Assembly (NCBI RefSeq): GCF_001194135.2
Contig: NC_069003.1
Span: 27,560,858 to 27,601,628 of the forward strand
Direction: 5' to 3'
Source: Octopus bimaculoides
Lineage: Eukaryota
DNA: 40,771 nucleotides
Below the pieces are notes generated by a model that had not been told where the DNA came from, searched no databases, and saw only the letters and a program-made list of their open reading frames with translations. A program made the position numbers and the translations under genes. Below, piece by piece: positions 1 to 11,190 of the stretch. Numbering within the stretch: the first letter of the stretch is position 1; each line of letters begins with the position of its first letter.

Positions 1-36
<36 letters not shown>

Positions 37-421
37 CACACAATAAATAATTACGAATATGTTGCACACCACAAAGTTTATCAGAAAATCTGACACAAAT
101 ATATTGTGAATATCCCTACCGATTTTATACAGTCTACCCACAGTGAACTCATATAAATACAATTAATTTTAGCTGCATACAAAGAAAAATACACGGGATT
201 TCCTTTATAGCTATTTCACAAGTTTGTCGTTCACCTGCTCTCATGTATTCGCCTGCTGTGTCCTAAGAGAGTACTATGGTTGAATAACTATTTACAATAA
301 GCACAAAGCAGAACATGAAATGACCATGTAACGTCCATTTGTCGACAACGTTTTTAATTATATAATAAATATTTATACGGCTATAGGTATATCATAAAAT
401 CTATTTATTTGTATCATTCTT

Positions 422-808
422 TCACGCCCAAACTAAGAGCCAGATAAACGAAGAGAAGGAATTAGATGGATGAGAGAAAAACGGGGATAGAAAGGCGAAA
501 GAGTAAGAAAGAGTTTGGGAGAAAATAGAAAAATAAAGGAGTAGAGTAAGGTGAAGGGAGGTTGGCCGCTGTCCAGCAATAAAACATGTTCGAGAGAAAG
601 TTGCATCACAGTAATCCTCTGAGCGGATTTCTAGCTGCCGGATATCTGTATTTGCTTTTGCTTTTACGTTGTGCATCCAGTGATCTGCATCGTACTTCGA
701 ATCGTGTATCTTGGAATCCTGATGCGTATAAGGCAGACCATTGTACGATGCAGTTCTTTCATCGGATGGAAAATGGAAGCCCGCACTAGTGGGCTTGTCA
801 TGAAACAG
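422..808 (-). CDS. Weak candidate coding exon of unknown product; possibly spurious
   Basis: Open frame LFHDKPTSAGFHF...FIWLLVWA* follows an acceptor-like TTGCTTTTACAG (AG at 810-809). No recognisable domain. The hydrophobic tail reflects a pyrimidine-rich strand, and the acceptor coincides with a hammerhead remnant on the + strand. Confidence 0.2.
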   Translation of the reverse strand: MFHDKPTSAGFHFPSDERTASYNGLPYTHQDSKIHDSKYDADHWMHNVKAKANTDIRQLEIRSEDYCDATFSRTCFIAGQRPTSLHLTLLLYFSIFSQTLSYSFAFLSPFFSHPSNSFSSFIWLLVWA

Positions 809-817
809 CTGTAAAAG
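756..817 (+). ncRNA. Degenerate Penelope-type minimal hammerhead remnant
   Basis: Strong helix II ATGG-AAGCCCGC(773-784)/GTGGGCTT-G-TCAT(789-801), then GAAAC-AGCT-GTA (802-813) with a palindromic loop. The core reads CGGATGG (763-769) instead of CTGANGA. Confidence 0.35.
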
Positions 818-1429
818 CAATCTGCTTTGTTTGTTTTTGTGTATGGAGGGAAAACCAAATGCAGTTACATGGTTTCATAGTTTTATAGTGAGTGTTCTAA
901 AATCTGTTAGTATATTCATATTAAAGTTGTCTTCGATTTTCAGATATACAATGTAGGGCAAAACTTACAAATGATGGTTATATACATATAAATACGCATA
1001 CATGCACCAGTACATAAATGCATACAAATACATACANNNNNNNNNNNNNNNNNNNNNNNNNNNNNNNNNNNNNNNNNNNNNNNNNNNNNNNNNNNNNNNN
1101 NNNNNNNNNNNNNNNNNNNNNNNNNNNNNNNNNNNNNNNNNNNNNNNNNNTATATATATAATATTTTATAATAATATACATAATTATAACAAGGGACCGG
1201 CTTTACGCCTCACCACGCACTGAAAGATATAGACGCTAAAAGCCCCTATTACCTCCTTAAAATCTCTGAGAATAACACTATATTATAGGCAAGCAAAAGA
1301 AAAATAATGAATCAGCAAGGTTGATTAAAGCTTAAAGAAAGGTAAAACATTTTTACTTTAAGCTTGTACAGATGTGTGTATCTGTGTCTGTGTCTGTGTA
1401 TTTCTACACGTGTATTTGCCTTTGCTCAT

Positions 1430-1671
1430 CTCTGTGTTTGTCCGCCACCGTCGCTTGACAAGTCTTTTCGTTTGTCTGTCACTGTCGCTTGCCAAGTGCT
1501 GGCTTGTTTACGTTCCCGCGGTTCAATAGTTTGGCTAAAGAGACCGATAGATTATGTACCAGGTTTTAAAAGAATTAGTACTTGGATCGATTTGTGCGAC
1601 TAAACTCTTCAAGGCGATGCCCTAGCATTGCCGCAGCACAATGATTGGAACTAGAAAGATAGGTAAAGATA
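1430..1671 (+). mobile_element. SINE family A, 3' half
   Basis: Matches the 3' halves at 10950-11184 and 25715-25930 (CGCTTGACAA...GTTTACGT...AAGGCGRTGC...CCGCAG). Confidence 0.75.
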
Positions 1672-2495
1672 TCAAGATGTATTTCTCCTTTGCATCTCAG
1701 ACCAGCCATTTGTAAAAACATCAGTTCAGTGATCCACCCACAAGAGATGCTACATAAGCGTATACAGAAGACAAAAACTAAAATTAAAATAAACAATTTG
1801 ACGTTCAAAGAGACGACCCAGAAGACAGAACATTCAAATATGAAGGCGATGCTAAAGCATAGCAATAACCTAGATTGTTAAAAAAAAAACGCTGAAATGT
1901 ATAAAGTTGTATAATTGAATACATTGAAATATGCGCATTAATTTTACACATGTCTGCTCCAGTATGGTCACAGCTCGCTGGTTAGAACCATCAAAAAGAC
2001 TAAAACGGTATTACTAAAATAGTCAATATGCAAATTCGCCAAAACATATTGTCTACTGATAAACAGTAACGTACGTGAGAAATTATATGGCTTTCATTGA
2101 ACATATAATCAAGCTCCTCGCACGAATCAACGGTTCAGTTAACAGTAAAAGTTTTATCGTCTAATTTACTTTTAAAATGATTTCAATCAATAAATAACAG
2201 AGAGATAAAGCAGTCAAACTCATCGTTATATCACCAAATGTGGAAAGTGGGTGGAAAAAAGAAAAAACCTCTATATGTATGATAGTATTATTCTAACTTT
2301 CTAACGCCCTTCTCAAAAACTGTTTTCTCAATGTAAAACCGTATTTATACTCGCCGAATTCACATCTTCCGATTTTTAGCATGCTATTTAAAGAATGTTA
2401 TTTTAAATAGCAGGAATTTAGCCCGATGGAGGTCTACAATTCTGAAAATCACATTTACGCACGCTCGCGCAAAGACCACAAACATACTAAGAGTG

Positions 2496-3400
2496 GGAGA
2501 GAGAGAGAGAGAGAAAGAGATACTCACTCTCTCTCTCTCTCTCTCTCTCTCACACATATATACATACATACATATATATATGAATGCATGTATATATACA
2601 TACATACATATAGACACGCACACATATACATATATATATGGAGAGAGAGTAAGAGAGCGAGAGACAGAAAGAGAAACACACACAGAAATACGCAGATACA
2701 AATACAGGCGTAGAAATACACACACAAGAGAGAGAGAGGGAGTGAGAGAGAGAGAGAGAGCAAAGTGAGAGAAAGGGAAAGACAAAGAGTGTGTGTGTGT
2801 GAGAGGGAAAGAGAGCGAGAGAGGGGGAGAGAGATAAACGTACACGTAAACTTTCTATTCACACGTTTATAATTACTAGTTTCCGGTATTGAGGTAACAG
2901 TTAGACGTAGATCGGAAACTGGAAACCAGTCATTGCAATTCGTGAAGTTCTAGCTTTAGATTATACATACATACGTACATACATACATATAGATACATAT
3001 ATTCATACATACATGCACATATACACACATATACATAGATACATACATATATGCACACATACATATGCACACACATACATACAGAAGCATATATACATGC
3101 ACTCATACATACACGCATATAGACATATACACATTACGTATATATCTGTGTGTATATATATATATACATATATATACATGCACAAAATCACTGATAAATA
3201 CACACGCACATATAAATATGCAAGCCTACATCCAACATACATACGNNNNNNNNNNNTATATATATATATATATATACATATATATACATGCACAAAATCA
3301 CTGATAAATACACACGCACATATAAATATGCAAGCCTACATCCAACATACATACGTTAATACATACATACGTACATACATACATGCGTATATACGTAAAT
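2496..3400. repeat. Compound (GA)n/(CT)n/(TA)n/(CA)n/(TACA)n microsatellite field
   Basis: Direct inspection. Confidence 0.9.
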
Positions 3401-3735
3401 ACAGAGTAATCAGAAGTCCCTTTAGCGTATCTGCATTTTTTTCGTATACACAGTTAATGACGTTAAAAATGTCCACCATCTTTCATTATATATATTCGGC
3501 GCATCTTTCCAACTTCACTTATTGAATTCCGTTAAGAAAACTTTGGTTCGAACTCTCACCATTCCTTCGATTTCTTTTCTTTAAAGACCCTCGACTTTGT
3601 TTACAATTCTATACACCTGGCCGCGATAATCACCTCAAAAGTTTAAATTTCAGGCAAATCAGGGATTAACAGTTGACCAAAAGCTTGGTCGATCTCTATC
3701 CCATCAACGTTTTGGAAGCCATGCAATTAGTAATT

Positions 3736-3890
3736 GCAGGCGTAGCTTTGTGGTTGAGAAGCTTGTTTCCTAACCTTGTGGTTTCAGGTTCAGTCCCACT
3801 GCGCGGTATCTTTAGCAAATGTCTTCTGTTATAGCTCTAGGCCGACCTTGTGGGTGGATTTCGTAGACAGAAACTGAAAGAAGCCTGTCG
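3736..3890 (+). mobile_element. SINE family A, 5' half (tRNA-derived head plus CORE-like body)
   Basis: A-box-like TGTGGTTGAGAAG, B-box-like GGTTCAGTCCC, ends GAAACTGAAAGAAGCCTGTCG then (TA)n. Homologous to 6881, 10447, 34640 and 35917. Confidence 0.85.
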
Positions 3891-3898
3891 TATGTATG

Positions 3899-3937
<39 letters not shown>

Positions 3938-3940
<3 letters not shown>

Positions 3941-4130
3941 TAAACATCAGTAGGAAAAATTTTAGAAAATGTTTACTACCAGTGGCCTAGCATGTAGAAA
4001 AGTAGTCAATAGACTATGTATTATTCATATAAATACAGTCTACATTTAAACACATAAGAGATGGCCATAATAGGACATCTAACACGCTAATTTGGAGATA
4101 CAAGTCACCAAAAATCATCAGTGAAAATCC
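3938..4130 (-). mobile_element. Penelope-like pseudo-LTR remnant, homologous to 10615-10945
   Basis: Shares AAAATTTAGAAAA...ACCRGTGGC-TAGCATG...GTCAATAGAC with 10615-10700. Retains CTGATGA on the - strand at 4121-4115, but GAAA is lost. Confidence 0.5.
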
Positions 4131-4149
4131 GAAAACAGCTTTTGATTCA

Positions 4150-4398
4150 ATCTGGTAAAAGCGACGCCGTTCATTTCCAGTCTTCCATGAGAAACATGTC
4201 TAACTGTAGGTAAATATAACCTTCCATGAAAACAGTTGAGGGCAGTCGACAACAGGAAGGACATCCGATCGTAGAGGATCTATCTCAGCAAATTCCGTCT
4301 GACCCATGCAGGTGTGGGAAAGTGGACGTTAAAATAATGATGATGATGGTGAAGACGATGATGATGATGAAGATGATGATGAAGAGGATGTTAATGAT
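4150..4398 (+). mobile_element. 3' end of a SINE/LINE with RTE-like tail and (GAT)n repeat
   Basis: AGGAAGGACATCC...GACCCATGCA...GTGGACGTTAAA followed by (GAT)n, a layout recalled for RTE-mobilised elements. Confidence 0.6.
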
Positions 4399-4696
4399 GG
4401 AACCTCAGCGCGGAGGCAGACCATATTACTGTAGAATACTAACCCCAAGAATATTCTATTATTTTTATGTCTGATACCAAAACGTTTCTCAGAAATTTCC
4501 AGTAAATATTTTTCTTATGTAGGTGTCATTTAGAGTGTAATCGTTTTCGTTTTTGTGTCTTTGTGACAAGCTTTCTAAATGATAGACACATTTTCGGAAG
4601 TTAAGAACTCAAACACACACACGCACACATAAAGACACACATGTATGTGTGTGTGTGCATGTGTGTGTTTGTGTCTGCGTGTGTGAGCACGAGTGT

Positions 4697-4736
<40 letters not shown>

Positions 4737-5428
4737 GTGTGTATATATATGAATATGTACTTAGCTATCTACGTATCAGTCTGCCTTTCTCTCTTTCTAA
4801 CACACACACACACACACACACAATGAAGATTATAACAACCTACGTGCTTTTTCTCTTTCTTCCTTTCTGGTTTTTAACTCTTTCCAATACTCTAAAAGTT
4901 TCCTACTTTAAAGAATTCTTAAACTTTGTAACTATTCCTCTTTATTGTAAGTATATGGTTTCCCTTTGAGCAGAAATCGTTCACATCAAAAGGACGTGGC
5001 GAATCACTGTTCTCAGTGAAAACTCGTAACCTTGATGAGGACCGAAATCTTTTGATATTATTAAAATAAAAGAATCAATTCTTCCGCCAGAATCTTTCAT
5101 ATTTCTTTTATCTTCTCTCGATATTTTGATGTAAACCACCACGATGTCTTATACATCGACATTCCCTTCTTAGATAATTTTCGACAGATGCTGGTTTCAC
5201 TCAAACACTAAATGCCTCTGGTGAATTTTTGCATTCGCCATCAACAAATCGTTTCGTTTGTCGTGAGAATTCACTTCTGTTTAGGTTCTTGGAACCAACG
5301 CATTCGAATGTTCGTCGTATCTGTATTATAGCATAAATCGTTGCGATTTATTTCTACTCAATTATATTATATCGATTAAGTGAATGCTCCATAGAATAAA
5401 AATCTAGTTGTGGGTTCATATCAGAGTA

Positions 5429-5700
5429 GCGTCGCTGACCGACGCAGTGGGCTTAGCAATGAAGGGGGGGGGGAAAGGTTCCAAAAGAATTTTATGGCTA
5501 TTTCAATCAACAAAGCCTAGAGCCAATACCTTTCATTTGAACGTCGATTGGTTAAGATAGATCAACGCTAGACTATAAGTTTTAAAATGAAATTATATCA
5601 GATTTCTGTTATAGGTTTCCAATAGACTAATTACAGGGTTACTGCATTTCCGATGACGAGAATGATAAGGGAGTATTTGGAAAACTGGGGTGGAAAAATA
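5429..5700. mobile_element. Possible non-autonomous Helitron or DNA-transposon remnant
   Basis: GC hairpin GCGTCG(5429-5434)/CGACGC(5440-5445) lies 6 nt before CTTAG. The downstream sequence loosely resembles 8330-8570. Confidence 0.25.
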
Positions 5701-5812
5701 ACAAAAGTATTACTGTTCGAATGTACCGGTTTTCTCCCTGTCGGTTCTTACCTCTCGCGTCGATACGTCTCGCAGAAAGTTATACAATGCATACATTTTA
5801 TATACATCTTAT

Positions 5813-5873
5813 GAAGGCGCATGCGTTAGTGGTTAGGATGTCGCACTCACGACTGCGAGATTACAGTTTCAAT
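5813..5873 (+). mobile_element. SINE family C, tRNA-like head only
   Basis: GAAGGCGCATGCGTTAGTGGTTAGG... matches the heads at 11703 and 13492. Confidence 0.6.
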
Positions 5874-6299
5874 GGAAGAGCCCATGTCACATACATATAT
5901 ATCTTGATATATAAAACAGAGTTTGTGTGTATGTGTGTGTGGGGGTGATGTATGTTCCTTATGGATTCGAAAATTGAGTTGCTGATTTTGACGTATGAGG
6001 TATCAAAAGATTCAGTAATCTTTCGACTGCCAAATAAAGTATGTCTTTTGCACATGAACTCTTTTTTACTACAAAAATAACCCCCGAAACGAGGTCGGGT
6101 CGCACAATTTTGAGATCTTTAGCTAAGAGAGGCAACTGCTTGAAGAATATGTCTTACATAGAACATAATGAAAAAATGTTTAAAATACATGGTTTTACAA
6201 GGGAATGAAACTTCGAAGATATATCGTCAATTTTACTACTATTATTTAGTAGATACTCTTTTAATGTGAAGTTTGTTTGAATGTGCTTTTTTATTTTAG

Positions 6300-6450
6300 C
6301 TCAGAGTTGCCTCTGATGTAGCAGACTTATTGTATAGTCTTTTTTTTTCTTCTTAAAATACTGTAAATCTGTCTTTCTTTTGATGAAAAGGTATGTTTTA
6401 AGAGAGATTTGGCTGCAGTTTGTAGTAGCTCAAGTTACCACAAACACATC
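6300..6450 (-). repeat. Dispersed repeat fragment related to 30140-30330
   Basis: Reverse complement GCAGCCAAATCTCTCTTAAAACATACC resembles GCTAAATCTGCCTTAATCACACC near 30180. Confidence 0.35.
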
Positions 6451-6880
6451 TGTATGTGTGTGTGTTTTGTTGTGGTGAAAAAAAACCTTTTTCTCAGAAT
6501 ATTTTGTACATTAATTTTAAAGAAATCTGGACATATTTCTTACTGCTAACCATTCAAATTTAAATTATAATTGTTAATTGATGTACATATAGCGTTATCG
6601 TATAGAATGGAAGTTTTAAATTCATAATCTTGTGGCTAGTAATCCATTACCTTAAATTTGAAGCCATTAAGTCTTTAAACATTATTTTACTGAGTTTAGT
6701 CTTTCGACTTTCGCTATGATGGGGTAACACCTTCAAAACTTCATTTGATCATACTGACCTCAGTACGTATTTGAATCTGGCATTCATTTTAAAGATCTCT
6801 GCTTGATGGACTGCAAACTTTGAGTCATAGTGGGACACAATACTCGATTTAACAACAAATGCAAACACACACACATCAGG

Positions 6881-7030
6881 GGCAAGAATAACTGTGTGGT
6901 TGAGATGTTTGCTTCCCAACCACATGGTTCTACGTTCAATTCCTCTGCATGGTACCTCGGGCAAGTGTTTTCTACGATAGCCCTAGGCCAACCACAGTCT
7001 TGTGACTGAATTTGGTAGACGGAAACTGCA
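6881..7030 (+). mobile_element. SINE family A, 5' half
   Basis: CTGTGTGGTTGAGATGTTTGCTTCCCAACCACATGGTTC...GGCAAGTG...TTTGGTAGACGGAAACTG. Confidence 0.85.
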
Positions 7031-7244
7031 GCGTTACTCATCCCAAAAAGACCGCAATCGTGTTTATAAAGAAGAGTTGTTTGCTTCATACTTCTCGTGT
7101 GTTTGTGTATAATTTCATGCATTTTTTACCATTTATTTCTATCCTTAATTTATACTGCATACAAAAGTACAGACATACTATATACGGTACATTATTAAAC
7201 ACGCATTACACATCTACACATACATATACATACCTGGCGATTTA

Positions 7245-7310
7245 ATTTTTTTATTAACCACACAGGGTCGAAACACAGAGGGAACAACACAAGGACAGAA
7301 AAAGAACATA
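7245..7310 (-). mobile_element. SINE family B, 3' tail fragment
   Basis: TTTATTAACCACACAGGG...ACAAGGACAGA resembles 28311-28365. Confidence 0.45.
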
Positions 7311-7499
7311 AAAGTGGAGGAAAAATAAAATCGAACGAAAAGAATGGTAATGATAAATCAAAAGGTGGAATGACGTCTGCTCGACCCCCCACACTCCAGT
7401 TAACGTCATTGAACGTTTTTAGAAAAAAAAAAAAATTGTCACGTGTCATTTTATTTTTGTTTCTTTCTCCTTGTGTGCTACTTGTTTTATATACTTTGT

Positions 7500-8571
7500 G
7501 GACGACTGACATGCGTGAAGTGTGAGTTGGCCAGTGTCAATACAAAATTCCATTACCGGAGGATAATTATCGCAGAAGTTGTAAGGTAAGACATAAAATT
7601 CTTTGTCTCTCTGTAATAATTATTGTGGTATTTACCGTTAAATTAGCAGTTCCATACGTGTTTTATTTCGTTCATTTGCTTATATTTCATAAATTTACAC
7701 AGCATACAAAAATACCGATATAATATATATTTACAATTGCTTACAAAAATAGATATTAATGTATATTTTTTCTATGTTCATAATTTTTTGTTTACAATAT
7801 TGAAAAAATATGCCACCAAAGAAAAGGCGTAATCCCTCCAGAAACACGTATAAAACGAGGACGATTACAGAAAACAAAGGCGAGTGTCTCGACAGAGAAA
7901 GGAGACGAGACTTTCTCAAGGTCAGCAGATGCATGCTGTAGCACGTCAGTCCCAAGAGAGAAGGGAGATGAGATTTTCCCAATGTCAGTTAAGGCATGCT
8001 GTAATACTTAATGCTGAATCATTAGAACGTTTAACACGCCAGATTAGACAAAGGTCCAATACAATAGCTCACATAAATAGATCACATGCAAATTCGCTCT
8101 TTGCAACACCAGGAGCTGCTTTCGGATATTATCCATCCTATTCCTATAAAAATGATAATTCTGTACAAAATGGTGTGCTACACTCAAATTGCCGTTTTAG
8201 CAAAGCTTTCAAATTTCCAAATGGAACTAATGGCATGTGCTGCTCGGGCGGTAAGGTAAGATTGCAAGCACTACCAGCTCCTTACCGTCTCCTATTGCAA
8301 CTCATTTCTAGAATGTACCCATTTACCTAGAATATCTCCATTACACCTCCATTCATTTGACTGTCAACCATACGATGGGTCGTGTTAAACGTAGTGCTGA
8401 CCGCCTCAAAGGAGAGTATTTGACTGAGCTTTTCGGAGGGTTAAAAAATTACATACCTTCACCCCAATTTTCCATGATAGGTTAGCACTTGGAATCCTCC
8501 AATCCTCCGATGTATTACATGTCGATTAGTCGAATTAGGCCATCATTTTCTCCACAAATGTTTTGTCGTCA
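7500..8571 (+). mobile_element. Internally deleted Helitron running into an assembly gap
   Basis: Contains the Rep N-terminal fragment and an upstream donor-like AAG|GTAAGA (~7586). The true ends were not identified. Confidence 0.5.
7810..8330 (+). pseudogene. Helitron Rep/Helicase ORF N-terminal fragment, frameshifted and truncated
   Basis: MPPKKRRN start at 7810, a shift into the 7884 frame with R/Q-rich helical repeats, then AAFGYYP...C(RF)SKAFKFPNGTNGMCCSGGKVRLQALPAP. This matches the Helitron N-terminal CxxCxAxKF...GMCCxxGKVxLP motif. Confidence 0.8.
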
Positions 8572-8900
8572 NNNNNNNNNNNNNNNNNNNNNNNNNNNNN
8601 NNNNNNNNNNNNNNNNNNNNNNNNNNNNNNNNNNNNNNNNNNNNNNNNNNNNNNNNNNNNNNNNNNNNNNNNNNNNNNNNNNNNNNNNNNNNNNNNNNNN
8701 NNNNNNNNNNNNNNNNNNNNNNNNNNNNNNNNNNNNNNNNNNNNNNNNNNNNNNNNNNNNNNNNNNNNNNNNNNNNNNNNNNNNNNNNNNNNNNNNNNNN
8801 NNNNNNNNNNNNNNNNNNNNNNNNNNNNNNNNNNNNNNNNNNNNNNNNNNNNNNNNNNNNNNNNNNNNNNNNNNNNNNNNNNNNNNNNNNNNNNNTATAA

Positions 8901-9033
8901 ACATAATCAAGGGATCAGCAACAGTTACTTCACCACATACCAAAGTTCAGAAATAGCAGCTAAAGTGCTGAAACTTTAGCTGCTATTTCTGAACTTCGGT
9001 ATGTGGTGAAACAACTGTTGCTGATCCCTTAAT

Positions 9034-9038
<5 letters not shown>
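8901..9038. repeat. 66-bp-arm inverted repeat (fold-back) with 6-nt loop
   Basis: 8901-8966 pairs with 8973-9038 at 62 of 66 positions. The loop is GCTGAA. Confidence 0.95.
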
Positions 9039-9080
<42 letters not shown>

Positions 9081-9230
9081 TATTATCTTCGAAACGTCGA
9101 GTTAGAATAGAGGCAGCTGATGAATAATTCCAAGTGGCTTTCTGTTTTCCTATGAGTTCGTTCCGTTGTCTGTAGTTCATTGTTCTAACGTCCTGTACCC
9201 TGATATGCATCTATATACACTTGTAGATGA
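9081..9230 (+). mobile_element. Penelope-like remnant with split hammerhead motifs
   Basis: GAAACGTCGAGT at 9091 and CTGATGA at 9117, then a T-rich tail. The same arrangement occurs at 27357-27393. Confidence 0.4.
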
Positions 9231-9289
9231 AAGTATATACATATGTGTGTATACATGCATATATATTCTTTGTATTATATATATATATA

Positions 9290-9849
9290 TATATATTGTT
9301 CTTCCTTATCTTCGTTTTCTTGTTGTTGTTCTTCACCATCATTACCATCTTCTTCATTATCTTCTTTTTGTTGTTGCTGTTTTCGGTAGTAGTAGTACTA
9401 GCAGTCGTAGTAGTGGTCATGCTAAGCGGAGTAGTATTGTGAAGTTATGGAAGGCAAGCGTATGATATTGATGAGGACGACGATAATGGTGGTGATGGCC
9501 ATGGTGGTGTTTCTGACGGTGGTGCCTCTGGTTATAGCAATAGTGAATGCGAGGAAGCGGAGGAGGAGTAGTTGATAAAAGATCAGTTCCATCAGTCCAG
9601 AGTAGGATTCCTGTTATATGTGTGTGTGTGTGTGTGTATGTATGTTTGTGAGAGAGTGGCAGAGAGAGAGAGAGAGGGAGAGAGAGAGTCTGTGTTTGTG
9701 CGCGTGTGAGTGCATGCGTATGTTTGTGTGTGCGTATTTGCATCCACATATATGATGTAAGTGCTTATGTACGTTATATATATACATAAATATGTATATA
9801 TATATACTTACATATATGCATGTATATATATATGCATACACATATATTC

Positions 9850-9890
<41 letters not shown>

Positions 9891-10070
9891 TTGACAGATA
9901 GATATACACATTCATATGCAAATATACATGCGTACATACATATATTGCATAACTCTATACATGCATACAAACATATATATATGCATACATATATACATGC
10001 ATAAACACACACAAATACATATATGCATACACACGCATGCATGCATGCATACATACATACACACATACAT
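9290..10070. repeat. Degenerate trinucleotide (TCT/TGT/TAG/GGT) and dinucleotide microsatellite field
   Basis: Direct inspection. Confidence 0.85.
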
Positions 10071-10446
10071 AGCTAATTCATTGATTGCTTGCAGAAGTTC
10101 GCTGACATGTCGTCAACTTAATTAAATCTATACCGTTGAGATTGTATCTAAGAGATCGGTTTTGTCAAGTAGCAAACTTGAATTTGAAAGTAAAGTGTAG
10201 CAGAAATGCCACTTAGTCACAGCTCCATGCAACACTTGAGTGTTACATTGCTTCTGACATATTAGTTCGCAGAAATTTCGCGAAGTTTCTTACTAAATGC
10301 CAATAAAGTTGCTCTGTTTTTCTGTTGTAAAGTATTCTTCTGCGTGTTATTAATGTTGTTTAGTGCCAGGTCAGCTGTCCTATTTAAGTTTATTTAGATT
10401 CAAAGGGGGTCTCAATCGCAGCTATTTTGTTTTTCATTCGGATATA

Positions 10447-10590
10447 GGCGCAGGTGTGCTTCCCTACCATGTAGGCTTGGTTTCGGTTCCACTCTGTGTG
10501 ATACCTTGGACAAGTATCTTCTACTATGGGCCCGCGCTGGTCGAATCCTTGTGAATGGATTTGGTAAGCAGAAGCTGAAAGAAACCCGTC
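10447..10590 (+). mobile_element. SINE family A, 5' half of a copy split by an insertion
   Basis: GGCGCAGGTGTG...GGACAAGTATCTTCTACTAT...CTGAAAGAAACCCGTCG. Confidence 0.8.
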
Positions 10591-10614
10591 GTATATATAT
10601 ATATACATACATAC

Positions 10615-10945
10615 ATAATAAGGGAAGAAAATTTAGAAAAAATTTCATACCGGTGGCTAGCATGCGAAATAACGTCAATAGACAACATATTTTCATATAT
10701 AATAGAGTACAAACAATTAAGTATTTAGACACGAAAGAGGTGATCTTTGACAGGACACCTTACATGCTAGAAAGGGCAGTCAAAACCCAAACCACGAATA
10801 AAAGCAATTTCAAAGGGAAAGAAAATATTAAAAAAATATTTCTAGTTAACCCCAAACTCGAGTTTCTGTATTAATGAGCATATAAATTAATTTGTCATCT
10901 GTACTTCATCAGTGAGGTCACTAAAGTTAATAGATATTTATGCAG
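10615..10945 (-). mobile_element. Penelope-like pseudo-LTR inserted in the SINE internal microsatellite
   Basis: Carries a hammerhead at 10847-10920, is homologous to 3938-4130, and is flanked by (TA)n/(TG)n. Confidence 0.65.
10847..10920 (-). ncRNA. Minimal type I hammerhead ribozyme
   Basis: Minus strand: TGACCTCA-CTGATGA-A-GTA...TAC-A-GAAAC-TCGA-GTT-TGGGGTTA. Helix I has 8 bp including 2 GU pairs, the core is intact, and the helix III loop TCGA is palindromic. Confidence 0.75.
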
Positions 10946-10949
10946 CTAA

Positions 10950-11184
10950 TGTGCGTGTGCGTGTATGTGTGTGTGTGTGTTTGTGTGTCTGTTAGTCCCC
11001 ACCATCGCTTCACAACCGATGTTGATGTGTTTACGTCCTTGTAACTTAGCGGTTCGGCGAAATCACCTACAGAATAATTAATACGCTAGCAAAGAATAAG
11101 TCCTCGGGTCGCTTTCGTCGATTAAAACCCTTTAAGGCGGCGCTCCATCATAGCCGCAGTCAAACGACTGAAAATATAAAAGAA
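10950..11184 (+). mobile_element. SINE family A, 3' half continuing the 10447 copy
   Basis: CCACCATCGCTTCACAACCGATG...GTAACTTAGCGGTTCGG...AAGGCGGCGCTCC...GACTGAAA. Confidence 0.8.
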
Positions 11185-11190
11185 TATATA

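Noticed and set aside
586-789. Plus-strand 67-aa ORF with a signal-peptide-like stretch (YLYLLLLLRCASS)
   Set aside because: No convincing donor site, it terminates inside a hammerhead remnant, and it has no recognisable mature domain.
3153-3355. Exact ~90-bp direct repeat on either side of an 11-N gap
   Set aside because: Typical unmerged contig overlap, so probably an assembly artefact. A similar small duplication flanks the gap at 17192-17201.
5030-5065. TTGATGAGGACCGAAATC, hammerhead-like
   Set aside because: C3 is missing, helix II has no loop, and there is no helix I or III support.
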